Positions 51,061 through 60,451 of a stretch of 64,000 bases of DNA are shown here, piece by piece. The notes under the pieces are model-generated. The model made no database searches. It saw nothing but the letters and a program-made list of their open reading frames with translations, and was not told the origin of the DNA. The stretch is taken from assembly GCA_963712745.1 (NCBI GenBank), contig CAVQJC010000020.1, positions 160,001 to 224,000 of the forward strand, in the 5' to 3' direction. Every line of letters starts with the position of its first letter. Position 1 is the first letter of the stretch. Source of the stretch: an uncultured Chloroflexia bacterium. Lineage in GTDB: Bacteria; Chloroflexota; Limnocylindria; Limnocylindrales; CSP1-4. A program made the position numbers and the translations under genes.

Positions 51061-51910
51061 ATGCGCCTGGTACCCCTGCTCGGCGCCATGGTCATGCTCG
51101 CGGGCATGAACGCCATCGGGGCCGATCCACGTCCCCCACGCACCGCCGCCTGAGCCGCCGACGGTCTGGCTCAAGGGCGCGTTCGGCCGGGTCGCCGGAA
51201 CCTCCCCGGCAGCCCCGGCGGTGGCCCCGCCGGACGACCGCGCACTCGACAGCTGGATGCGCGGGGCGCCGCTCGAACTCTCCACCGACCTGGCCCTCAC
51301 CGAGCCGATCGAGATCTGGGTCGTCTCCCGGCCGGCCGACGGCGAAGGGAGGGAGGAGCTCCTGTCGACGGGCGCCACGTCGTTCGACGGACCCGACCAT
51401 CCGGGGCTGAACGTAGTCACGGCCAGCGTGACGACCGAGAGCCACGGCCCGAGCCAGCATGCCTGGCTGGTCGAGACGCCCGACCGAAGCGGCGGGCCGG
51501 AGCTCCTGCTCGACATCCCGGGCCCCAGGCTCGAACTCGTCTCCGCGTCCGGTTCGGTGAGCGGTGAGCCGGGCCACGGCTGCTACGCCTACCTCTGCGT
51601 CCACGTCGGCTACCGCCCTCCGCTCGAGACGCTGGAGGTATTGCCGGTCGCCATCGGTGAGACCCTCGGGCTGCAGCTCGACGACGGTTCGGCCATGTCC
51701 GGCTGGACGGGCACGCTCGAGCCGCTCGGGACGTTCGCCACCGCTGAGCCGGCCCGGGCCGCGGCGACGTTCGGGGACGGGGCGCGCGCGGCGCCAAGAC
51801 TGGACGGACTGGAGGTGCCCGCGGCGGGCGAATGGCTGCTGGAGCTACGCGCGGACTTCGACCGCGAGCGCGGCTGGCAGTGGTTCCTCTACCGGCTCAT
51901 GGCCGAATAG
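51061..51910 (+). CDS. Secreted hypothetical protein, probable +1 frameshift at about 51110-51150
   Basis: The signal peptide MRLVPLLGAMVMLAGMNA stops at 51153. The +1 frame is open from 51110 to 51910 with host-like codon usage. Confidence 0.6.
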
Positions 51911-51939
51911 CGGATGGGGTCGTCGGGAGCAGCGGGGCC

Positions 51940-52227
51940 TCAGGCGCCGGTGGCCTCGGCGGCCTCCTCTGCCTCGGGGAACAGCGACGTCTGCCGCTCC
52001 TCGGGCAGCATCACCCCCAGGATCTCCTGCATGGCCGCGATATGGGCACATGTCTTCCAGGACTCGAAGTAGTGGCAGGTGCACTGCCAGCCATCGGCTT
52101 CAAGGACGATCTGGTGGGAGTCGTTGTCTCCCGCGAAGGTGACGGCCAGCCGCTCCACGGTGATGCGGTCACGCTCACGCGCATAGCGGTGCGCCTTCTC
52201 GATCTTGCCGATGACGCTCGAGTGCAT
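51940..52227 (-). CDS. Small SWIM-type zinc-finger protein
   Basis: MHSSVIGKIEKAHRYA...WQCTCHYF....TCAHIAAM (CxC...CxH). Confidence 0.8.
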   Translation of the reverse strand: MHSSVIGKIEKAHRYARERDRITVERLAVTFAGDNDSHQIVLEADGWQCTCHYFESWKTCAHIAAMQEILGVMLPEERQTSLFPEAEEAAEATGA

Positions 52228-52374
52228 CGCTCCCATCCTCCCGCCCGTCGCTGTCCGCCCCGACGAGCCGTTGCCGCGACGCCGCGTCGGACCCTCGCCG
52301 GGTCCGCTCGACGGACGTCGATCCCTGTCGCCCAAGAGTAGCGACTCCGCCAAGAGGTGACAGGGGCCGAAGGT

Positions 52375-53466
52375 CTACTCCGGGTCGGCCTGATCGGCCA
52401 GTGCGAGCTGCTCCTTGATATGGGTGATGACGTCGATCGGCGAGGGGTCCACCGCGTACATGAAAGCCAGGTAGACGCTCACGTAGTCACCCAGGACGAG
52501 GGCTGAGAGCGCCTGCCCCAGCCGGCCCTCGCCGGCTGCGTCGACGAAGGTGTGCCAGATCTGTCCTGTGCCGACGACGTCGCCCATGAGCTGCGACCGC
52601 AGGCCGTCGCGCGGATGCACGAGCTCGCTGCGCAGGATCACGACCCCGAGGTGGTCGCGCAGCGATTCGGGCTGCTCGAACCCCACCACGGTGTTATGCG
52701 TCGCCTCCGGCAGCTCCTCGAAGGCCGCGCTGACCTTGGCGTTCTCGTTGAGCTGCGTCTTCCACCGGCGAGCCACCGGCGCCAGGAAGCCGGGCCCGGC
52801 TACCATCACGAAACGGTCGACCAGCGACCAGGCCAGCTGCTTGGCGGGATTGTCGGCGGAAGGCACGCCCGGCTGGCAGCGCGCGGCCATGGCCTGGCCC
52901 GCGGCGACTGCCGCAGCGATCTCGGCCTCGTCGAGCTCGAGCACACCGGCCTTCTCGAGGATGCCGGCCACGATGGCCAGCGACCATCCCATCGACGCCC
53001 GGGGAGATCCGCGGTCGGGGAATGTCGCCAAGGGCAGACGTGCTGCGGTGGCCACGTTGCGCAGGGCACCCCCGGTGCTCACGACTACGACCGGGCAACG
53101 GCGCTCGAGCGCAGCCTGCAAGGCACTCAGCGTCTCCTCGGTGGCACCGCTCTTGGAGCTGGCGATGACGAGCGTCTCAGGGCCCACCCACGCGGGCAGC
53201 TCGTAGCCACGCACGATCTGGAGGGGAACGTCGATGCGGTCGGACCAGATGCCCTTGACGAGGTCGCCCCCGATGGCCGAGCCGCCCATGCCCAGGATGG
53301 CTACCGCTGCGGGCTTGCCCCAGGGCAGCTCGAGGCCCCGGGAGATGCGCCAGCCCTCGGCGAGCTGCTCGGGCAGGGCGGCCAGCTGTCCGAGCATGCC
53401 CTCGCCGTCGGCGCGGGCCATGGCCGCAGGTTCGTCGAGGATGTTGGTGAGGTTGGACTGTTCCAT
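52375..53466 (-). CDS. Bifunctional phosphoglucose/phosphomannose isomerase (SIS)
   Basis: GMGGSAIGG, SKSGATEET, KTQLNENAK and ELPEATHN. Confidence 0.93.
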   Translation of the reverse strand: MEQSNLTNILDEPAAMARADGEGMLGQLAALPEQLAEGWRISRGLELPWGKPAAVAILGMGGSAIGGDLVKGIWSDRIDVPLQIVRGYELPAWVGPETLVIASSKSGATEETLSALQAALERRCPVVVVSTGGALRNVATAARLPLATFPDRGSPRASMGWSLAIVAGILEKAGVLELDEAEIAAAVAAGQAMAARCQPGVPSADNPAKQLAWSLVDRFVMVAGPGFLAPVARRWKTQLNENAKVSAAFEELPEATHNTVVGFEQPESLRDHLGVVILRSELVHPRDGLRSQLMGDVVGTGQIWHTFVDAAGEGRLGQALSALVLGDYVSVYLAFMYAVDPSPIDVITHIKEQLALADQADPE

Positions 53467-53483
53467 GTCGGCGCCGGGCGGTC

Positions 53484-54956
53484 CTAGCCGTTGACCATGT
53501 GATCACCCTCGGCGAGGAGGGCGTCGCGCAGCTCGGAGCTGCTGGCCTCGGCATATACGCGCACGAGCGGCTCGGTGCCGCTGAACCGGACCAGCAGCCA
53601 CGACCCGTCGTCGACCCAGAACTTGAAGCCGTCGCCGGTGTCCAGTGGCACAGTGCGGTCGACCGACCGACCGCCGAGTGTGGCCGGCGAGTGCTCGCTG
53701 AGCTCGACCAGCAAGCGCGCCTTCAGCGCCGGGTACGAGGCCCGGTCGGTGTGGACGTCCGTGCGCAGGTAGAAGGACGGCCCGGCCACCTCGTGCAGAT
53801 GCGCCACGGCCTCGGAGACCGTGGCCCGGCCGGCATCGCGCTCGCGGATGAAGAGGTCGAGCAGGAGCAGGTCGGCATAGATGCCGTCGCGCTCAGGCAG
53901 GTGCATGCCGAAGCCATAGCCACCCGACTCCTCTCCGCCCATCATGGCGCCGGTCTCGATCATCTTGGGCCCGACGTACTTGAAGCCGACCGGCGTCTCG
54001 TGCACCTCCACCCCATAGATCTCACCGAGGCGGAAGGCCATCGAGGTCTCGTTCACCGTCGAGACCAGCGGGGCACGTTCGCCGCGGTGCTCGAGCATGT
54101 AGTAGGCCAGCAGGCCGTAGCACTGAAGCTGGTGGATGAAGACGCCGTTCTCGTCGGCCGCGCCGGCCCGGTCGGCATCACCGTCGAGCAGCAGGCCCAG
54201 GTCGTAGCCGCCATCACGGACGCGCTCCAGGGCCTCGTCGACGTGCGGGCGGATAGGCTCGGGGTTGACCCCGCCGAACCACGGATTGCGCTCGCTGTGG
54301 ATCTCGTCGACGACGATCTCGCCGCCGGCCAGCAAGCGGCTGATCCAGCCGGCGCCAGAGCCGTAGAGCGGGTCCACGAGCACGCGCATCCTGGCCGCGC
54401 GCAGCTTGTCCAGGTCGAGCGTGCGGCGCACGAAACGCTCGTAGCCGGCGAAGGGCTGGATGTACTCCACCATGCCCGCTGCCTCGGCCTCGTCGAACGG
54501 TCGACGCGGGGGCGTGCCGGCGGCGTTGGCCACGATCGAGGCCTCGACCGCGTGCAGGATCTCCGGGCTGGCCGCGGCACCGGTGGGCGACTTGATCTTG
54601 AAGCCGTTGTCGGTCCAGGGGTTGTGAGAGGCGGTGATGACGATGGCGCCGGCCGCGCCGCGCTCGACCACTTCGTACGAGGTCAGCTGCGTGGGGATGG
54701 CCTCGGACGCCATGAGCACCCCGATGTCATGGGCCAGCAGCACCTCCGCAGCAGCGGCCGCGAAGTACTCGCTGCTGAACCGTCGGTCGTAGCCGACGAC
54801 GACGCCGTTCGCCTGCGTCCCCTGCTCGATGACCCACTCGGCGACGCCCTGGGCGCAGCGGCGAACGTTGTCGTAGGTGTACTCCTCGCCGATCCTGGCA
54901 CGCCAGCCATCGGTCCCGAAGACGATCGACGGCGCCGCAGACGGTGTTTCGGACAC
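53484..54956 (-). CDS. Phosphoglucomutase/phosphomannomutase
   Basis: FGTDGWR, ITASHNP, DGDADR, GGEESGG and RFSGTEP. GTG 54956 follows a GAGGAGG RBS. Confidence 0.95.
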   Translation of the reverse strand: MSETPSAAPSIVFGTDGWRARIGEEYTYDNVRRCAQGVAEWVIEQGTQANGVVVGYDRRFSSEYFAAAAAEVLLAHDIGVLMASEAIPTQLTSYEVVERGAAGAIVITASHNPWTDNGFKIKSPTGAAASPEILHAVEASIVANAAGTPPRRPFDEAEAAGMVEYIQPFAGYERFVRRTLDLDKLRAARMRVLVDPLYGSGAGWISRLLAGGEIVVDEIHSERNPWFGGVNPEPIRPHVDEALERVRDGGYDLGLLLDGDADRAGAADENGVFIHQLQCYGLLAYYMLEHRGERAPLVSTVNETSMAFRLGEIYGVEVHETPVGFKYVGPKMIETGAMMGGEESGGYGFGMHLPERDGIYADLLLLDLFIRERDAGRATVSEAVAHLHEVAGPSFYLRTDVHTDRASYPALKARLLVELSEHSPATLGGRSVDRTVPLDTGDGFKFWVDDGSWLLVRFSGTEPLVRVYAEASSSELRDALLAEGDHMVNG

Positions 54957-55080
54957 GGGCGTTGGCCCTCCTCTCGCCTTCCCTCCTGGATGCCCCGCGA
55001 CACGCGGCGACACGAACCCGAATGGTACCGCGGCCCGTCGCTAGACTTGCCAGTCAGGCAGGAACGAGGCAGAGGGAGCT

Positions 55081-55906
55081 GTGGCCGGCAAGACACGTCA
55101 AGGACCAGCGACGGCCGCAGGCACCCCTGCCGGCGGCGAGACCGCGCCGATCTTCATCATCGGCTCGCCTCGCTCCGGCACCACGCTGCTGCGCCTCATG
55201 CTCGACTCCCACCCGCACATCTCGTGCGGCGAGGAGACGCATTTCCTGCGTGACCTCGAGGCCATCGTTGGCCGAAACTGGGAGCTCGTCTCGACCTACG
55301 GCCTGGACCGGACCTGGTGGCTCGAGCACATCCATGACCTCTACACCGACTTTCAGGCGGCGGTGCTGCAAGGCTCGGGCAAGTCCCGCTGGGCCGAGAA
55401 GGACCCGACCTACACACTGCACCTGGACTTCATCGAGGAGCTGTTCCCCGACGCGCTCTACGTGCATCTGCTGCGCGACGGTCACGACGTCGTGGCCAGC
55501 TTCCGTGACCGCTGGGGCTACACCTCGGCAGCGCGCGCGGCGCGCACCGAATGGGCGCGCTACGTCGGCGCAGCCCGAAGGCTCGGAGCCCGACTGCCCC
55601 GAGGATCGCTTCCTCGAGCTGCGCTACGAGGAGCTGGTGGCCGATCCCGAGACCGAGGGACGGCGGCTCTTCGCGTTCCTCGGCGAGGCCTGGGACCCGG
55701 GCGTCCTCGACTTCGATCCGGCCGAGCATCGAGCCACCGATCGCTACCTCTGGTTCACGGCGCAGCGTCGCCGGTCCGGCGGCGATGACAGCACCATCTA
55801 CCGTTCGCGCGTGGGTACCGGCGGCAGCTCGCTCGACCTCGTTCTGCGCACGCTCCTGCGGCGGCGCCACGGCGACCTTTTGCGCGAGCTCGGCTACCTC
55901 GGATGA
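55081..55906 (+). CDS. PAPS-dependent sulfotransferase 1, interrupted by a +1 frameshift at about 55597-55603
   Basis: IFIIGSPRSGTTLLR, WAEKDP and RDGHDVVAS, continuing in the next frame as EDRFLELRYEELVADPE...LRELGY. Confidence 0.88.
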
Positions 55907-55915
55907 CCAGGCCCC

Positions 55916-57001
55916 ATGGCCGCTGACCGACCGATCCGCATCGGCTTCCTGCACGTCGGGCGCGAACGCAGCGGCCTGCGCCGTTACGGCCGAATCCTCG
56001 CGGCCGAGGCTGCCGCTCGGCCGGACCTGGAGGTCATCGAGAGCGATGCCGGAGGCCGCGGCGCCTCGTGGGCCGACCTGCGTCGGGCCGCGCGGCGCCT
56101 GAGCGATGCTGATGTCGTCCACCTGCAATGGAAGCTGGCTGACTGGGGCCCGCGCAGCGGGGGCATCCCGCGCATGGAAGTCGTGCTCCAGACGCTGCGG
56201 CGCCCGGTGGTCATCACCCTCCACGACGTCTTCGCTCGCGAAGGTGTCTGGGACCGCTTCCTATCCCCGGCGGCGCTGGGCCTGCGCCGGCTGGGCACAG
56301 CCGCGTCCAGCCTGATCGTCCACTCCGAGGAGGAGCGTGGACGGCTGCGGGGCATGGTCCCGTCGGCCAAGGTCGAGGTCGTGCCCCATTTCGTGGAGGT
56401 CCGTGACGGACTGCCCGACCGCGCAGCCGCCCGCGAGGCGCTCGGGGTCGACGGCCTGCTTGTGGTAACCCTGCTCGGCTACCTGACCAGGCGTCGCGGC
56501 CACCGGCTCGTCATCGACGCGCTGACCGAGCTGCCGTCAGAGGTCACGGCGCTCTTCGTGGGCTCACCCATCGAGGGCCGGGACCACGTCGGCCGGGCCC
56601 TCGAGGAACACGCTGCCGAGGTCGGCGTGGCCGACCGTGTGCGCTTCCTCGGCTACTTGCCAGAGCCCGAGCTCGAACAGGTGCTCGCGGCTACCGATGT
56701 CGCGCTCTGCCCCTTCGAGCGGATGTCGGCCTCTGGCGCGCTGGCCACCTGGCTCTCGGCGGGCCGGCCCATCGTGGGCAGCGACCTCGCGCCCTTCCGC
56801 GAGCTCAAGGCCATGCGTCCAGGTGCGCTCCACCTCTTCCGGCCGTACCAGGCGGGGCCGCTGGCGCGCTGCATCAGCGACACGCTGAAGGTCTCGGGCA
56901 ACGGGCGGGATCCGGACGTGGAGGCCCTGGCCCAGCGCTTGGCGACACCTCGCATCGTCGACCGCTACCTCGGTCTCTACCGGGTGGCGGCCGCGCGCTG
57001 A
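55916..57001 (+). CDS. GT-B (family 4-like) glycosyltransferase 1
   Basis: SGLRRYG, VITLHDV, LLGYLTRRRG, FLGYLP and SASGAL...GRPIV. Confidence 0.88.
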   Translation: MAADRPIRIGFLHVGRERSGLRRYGRILAAEAAARPDLEVIESDAGGRGASWADLRRAARRLSDADVVHLQWKLADWGPRSGGIPRMEVVLQTLRRPVVITLHDVFAREGVWDRFLSPAALGLRRLGTAASSLIVHSEEERGRLRGMVPSAKVEVVPHFVEVRDGLPDRAAAREALGVDGLLVVTLLGYLTRRRGHRLVIDALTELPSEVTALFVGSPIEGRDHVGRALEEHAAEVGVADRVRFLGYLPEPELEQVLAATDVALCPFERMSASGALATWLSAGRPIVGSDLAPFRELKAMRPGALHLFRPYQAGPLARCISDTLKVSGNGRDPDVEALAQRLATPRIVDRYLGLYRVAAAR

Positions 57002-57051
57002 CGGACGCGTAGCCCCTACGGGCCGCAGCCTCCCCCTGGGCCGTAACTCCC

Positions 57052-58149
57052 CTACAGGAGGTCGCTCTTCTCCTCCTTCAGCTGGTTGACGACGGCCTTG
57101 ACGTCCTGGGCCGCGTCGGCCGCGATGACCAGGACCGCCTCCGGCGTGTCCACCACGATGACGTCCTCGAGCCCGACCGTGGCCACGGTACGCCCGCCGG
57201 CCGCATGTACCAGCACGTCCTTCCCGCCCACGTCGATGACCCGAGCGGAGCCCTCGGTGGTGATGACGGCGGCGCCGACGGCGGCGCGCTGGTCACGCAG
57301 GGCCGACCACGAGCCGAGATCGCTCCAGCCCACGGCCATGGGCACGACCGCCACCGCTGACTCGGTCGAGGCCGGTTCGAGCAGGGCGTAGTCGATAGAG
57401 GTCGCACGCAGGTCACGATAGGTCTCTTCGAGTTCCGCGCCCGGCCAGCCGGCGACCCCGCTCGGCGAGGCGCCCGCCACCCACTCGCGGATGGGTTCGT
57501 CGATGTCCGGGGAGTGGTGCTCCAGGCCGGCCACGAGCTCCGACCGGCGCCACACGAAGATGCCCGCGTTCCAGTACGCCGCCCGCGACGCGATGAGCTC
57601 CCTTGCTCGCGCCGGGTTCGGCTTCTCCTCGAAGCGTTTGACACGGAACGTGTCGCGCCCGCCGTGTACCACGGGGTCGCCGACGGCGATGACGTAGCCG
57701 TATCCGGTGGACGGCTCCGTGGGCTCGACCCCGAGGGTCACCAGGTCGCCGCCGGCGGCGCGCTCGCCGGCGGCGACCAGGGCCGAGCGGAAGCCCGCCT
57801 CGTCGGCCACGGCCTGGTCGGCCGGCAGCACCACCATGACCTCGTCGGCGGGCCGCTCGACGAGATGCGCCATCAACGCCACCGCAGCGGCGGTGTTGCG
57901 CCCGCAGGGCTCACCGATGATGTTGATGGCCGGGATCTGCGGCGCGACCTCCTGCACCAGCGGCGCGTAGCGAGCATCGGTCACGACGTAGACGTCCTCG
58001 GGCGCGATGAGCGGCTCGAGGCGGCTGACGCCGGCTCCGAGCAGGGTGCGATCGCCCTCGAGGAGCGGCAGGAACGGCTTGGGGCGACGGACTCGGCTCA
58101 GCGGCCAGAGCCGCGTCCCGCCCCCGCCGGCCATGATGACGGCGTACAT
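57052..58149 (-). CDS. manC: Mannose-1-phosphate guanylyltransferase
   Basis: VIMAGGGGTRLWPLSR..PK, EPCGRNTA, FEEKP, WNAGIF, SIDYALLE and WSDLGSW. Confidence 0.94.
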   Translation of the reverse strand: MYAVIMAGGGGTRLWPLSRVRRPKPFLPLLEGDRTLLGAGVSRLEPLIAPEDVYVVTDARYAPLVQEVAPQIPAINIIGEPCGRNTAAAVALMAHLVERPADEVMVVLPADQAVADEAGFRSALVAAGERAAGGDLVTLGVEPTEPSTGYGYVIAVGDPVVHGGRDTFRVKRFEEKPNPARARELIASRAAYWNAGIFVWRRSELVAGLEHHSPDIDEPIREWVAGASPSGVAGWPGAELEETYRDLRATSIDYALLEPASTESAVAVVPMAVGWSDLGSWSALRDQRAAVGAAVITTEGSARVIDVGGKDVLVHAAGGRTVATVGLEDVIVVDTPEAVLVIAADAAQDVKAVVNQLKEEKSDLL

Positions 58150-58218
58150 GACACGATTGTGCACGAGGGCGGCTATCATCCGCCGGGACCCCGGACAAGA
58201 GGCAGGAAGACGACCAGC

Positions 58219-59268
58219 GTGACCGAGAGCGTGACAGAGGAACCGAAGACCGCAGGGATGACGGAGGAGGCCGGCGGGCAGGAGCCGGCTGACACGCGAC
58301 CGCCCCGGGGCATGAACCCCAGCCTCCCGCCGGACGTGAACCCCGAGCCGCTGCCGCTGGGCTTCGCGGACTTGTGGCGCATCGCACGCAAGACGTACCG
58401 CGCGGAGCGGCGCTACTACCTCAAGCTCGACCGGCATCGCAAGATGAACAGCAAGCGGCTGTCGAGCTCGGTCCTGCCGGCCTTGAAGCGGCCCATCTTC
58501 ATCATCGGCGCGGCCCGCTCGGGCACCACTTTCCTGGGCGACTGCCTCGGCCGTCTGCCGGAGGTGACCTATCACCACGAGCCGCCGGCCACCAAGGCCG
58601 CCGGCCGCTATGTCTACGAGGGCCTGTGGAGCTATCGCCGCTCGCGCTGGTTCTTCCGCATGGTCTACAGCTGGCTGGTGCGGGTCGAACGCGACGGGGA
58701 TCTGCGCTTCTCGGAGAAGACGCCCACCAACATCTTCCTCATCCCGTTCCTGGCCAAGGCCTTCCCCGACTCGCAGTTCGTCCACATCATCCGCGACGGC
58801 CGGGACGCGGCCAGCTCCCACATGCACAAGCCCTGGCTGCGGGCCGAGGACGCGTGGTCGGGAGAGCGCGAGCCCGGCGGCTACCTGCACGGGCCCTGGC
58901 CCAGCTTCTGGGTCGAGCCGGACCGTCGCGACGACTTCCTGAGCACGAGTGACGCGCGCCGCATGGCCTGGGCCTGGCGCCGCTACACCGAGGTCGGCCT
59001 GCGCGACGGGCCGGCATTGGGGGCCGAGCGTTATCACGAGCTGCGCTACGAGGACCTCGTGCGCCGGCCTATCGACGAGGCCGAGCGCATGCTCGACTTC
59101 CTCGACATCAGGCGCAGGACATCGCGCGATGCGTTCGTCTCCGCCACGATGCGCGCGGACAATTCCTCGGTGGGCACGTGGCGCAACACCTTCTTCCCGT
59201 CGGAGATGGCCGAGATCGACGCGGAGGCCGGCGACCTGTTGCGTCGGCTCGGCTACGTCGACGACTGA
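58219..59268 (+). CDS. PAPS-dependent sulfotransferase 2
   Basis: PIFIIGAARSGTT, SEKTP, HIIRDGRDAASS, LRYEDLV and LRRLGY. The start is uncertain (58219, 58258 or 58312). Confidence 0.9.
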   Translation: MTESVTEEPKTAGMTEEAGGQEPADTRPPRGMNPSLPPDVNPEPLPLGFADLWRIARKTYRAERRYYLKLDRHRKMNSKRLSSSVLPALKRPIFIIGAARSGTTFLGDCLGRLPEVTYHHEPPATKAAGRYVYEGLWSYRRSRWFFRMVYSWLVRVERDGDLRFSEKTPTNIFLIPFLAKAFPDSQFVHIIRDGRDAASSHMHKPWLRAEDAWSGEREPGGYLHGPWPSFWVEPDRRDDFLSTSDARRMAWAWRRYTEVGLRDGPALGAERYHELRYEDLVRRPIDEAERMLDFLDIRRRTSRDAFVSATMRADNSSVGTWRNTFFPSEMAEIDAEAGDLLRRLGYVDD

Positions 59269-59287
59269 CCCGAGCCAGGCGCACACG

Positions 59288-60388
59288 ATGGCCGTCGAGC
59301 TGCGTGACCTGGGCTTCCTCCACCTGGGCCGCGAGGAGAGCGGCGTGCGGCGCTACGGCCAGCTCATCGCCGACGAGGCTCGCACCCGCGCGGGCCTGAC
59401 CGTCACCGAGGTCGAGGCCGGTCGCGTCGACCAGTCCTCCGAACAGCTCGCCGCGGTAGCCGATGGCCTGGCCGACTGCGACGTGGCGCTGATGCAGTGG
59501 AACCGTCGCGGCTGGGGCAAGAACGGCCGCGCACTGCCCCGCCTGATGCGGTTCCGCCGGGCCTACAAGGGCCTGCTGGTGGTGACCATGCACGATGTCT
59601 TCGACCGTACCGGCCTCCGCCAGCGGTATCTGCAGCCCGATGCCTGGAGCCTGCGCTGGCTGGGGCGCAACGCAGATCGCATCGTGGTTCACTCCCAGAT
59701 CGAGGTCGAACGACTGCGGGGGATCGTCCCGGTCGAGAAGATGCGCGTCATCCCTCACTTCGTCGAGCGTCGCGAGCTTTCGCTGACCCCGGCTCAGGCT
59801 CGAGCCAGGCTGGGCCTCGGTGACCGCCGGCTGGTCACGCTGCTGGGTTTCGTCTACGGACGGAAGGGCCACCGCTACGCGGTCGAGGCGGTGCCCTACA
59901 TGCCCGACGACGCGGTGATGGTGTACGCGGGGGGACCGGTCGAAGGACGCACGTTCGTCCACGACCTCGCCCTCGACAAAGCCCAGGAGCTGCAGCTCGG
60001 TGACCGCTTCCGCATCACCGGCTACCTCAGCGAGGACGAGTTGGAGACCTGGATCGCCGCCACCCACCTGGCCATCCTGCCCTTCACCGACCTCTCGGCC
60101 TCGGGCTCGATGTCGTCCTGGATCTCCGCCGGCAAGCCCATGCTCGTCTCGGACCTGCCGGGCACGCGCGAGTACGCGCGCTGGGCGCCGGGTGCCCTCC
60201 ACTTCTTCGGGCCCTCCGAGCCGTGGCCGCTGGGCGCGGCCATCAGCGAGCTTCTGGCCCGACCGCTGCCCGACCCCGACCCGGGCGTGCGACAGCTGGC
60301 CCGCGAGTTGAGCATGGAGAACACGGTCGATCGCTACCTCGCTGTCGCGCGCGAGGCGCTCGCATCCCGCGGGGCTGACGGGGGCTGA
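59288..60388 (+). CDS. GT-B (family 4-like) glycosyltransferase 2, paralogue of 55916-57001
   Basis: GFLHLGREESGVRRYG, TMHDVF, LLGFVYGRKG and SASGSMSSW..GKP. Confidence 0.88.
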   Translation: MAVELRDLGFLHLGREESGVRRYGQLIADEARTRAGLTVTEVEAGRVDQSSEQLAAVADGLADCDVALMQWNRRGWGKNGRALPRLMRFRRAYKGLLVVTMHDVFDRTGLRQRYLQPDAWSLRWLGRNADRIVVHSQIEVERLRGIVPVEKMRVIPHFVERRELSLTPAQARARLGLGDRRLVTLLGFVYGRKGHRYAVEAVPYMPDDAVMVYAGGPVEGRTFVHDLALDKAQELQLGDRFRITGYLSEDELETWIAATHLAILPFTDLSASGSMSSWISAGKPMLVSDLPGTREYARWAPGALHFFGPSEPWPLGAAISELLARPLPDPDPGVRQLARELSMENTVDRYLAVAREALASRGADGG

Positions 60389-60451
60389 CGGGATTCCGCC
60401 GGCCAGCCAGGGCCGGCGCCGACCCGGCCCGGGACGGAGGAGCCGGGCGGC

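Noticed and set aside
5889-55906. Programmed frameshifting or true pseudogenes for the five split genes
   Set aside because: There are no slippery heptamers and no other decay, and the shifts go in both directions. Sequencing indels are the simpler explanation, though this is unverified without reads.
57002-57051. Bidirectional terminator between GT1 and manC
   Set aside because: The stem is imperfect (tacgggcc/gggccgta) with a long loop and no U-tract, which is too weak to call.
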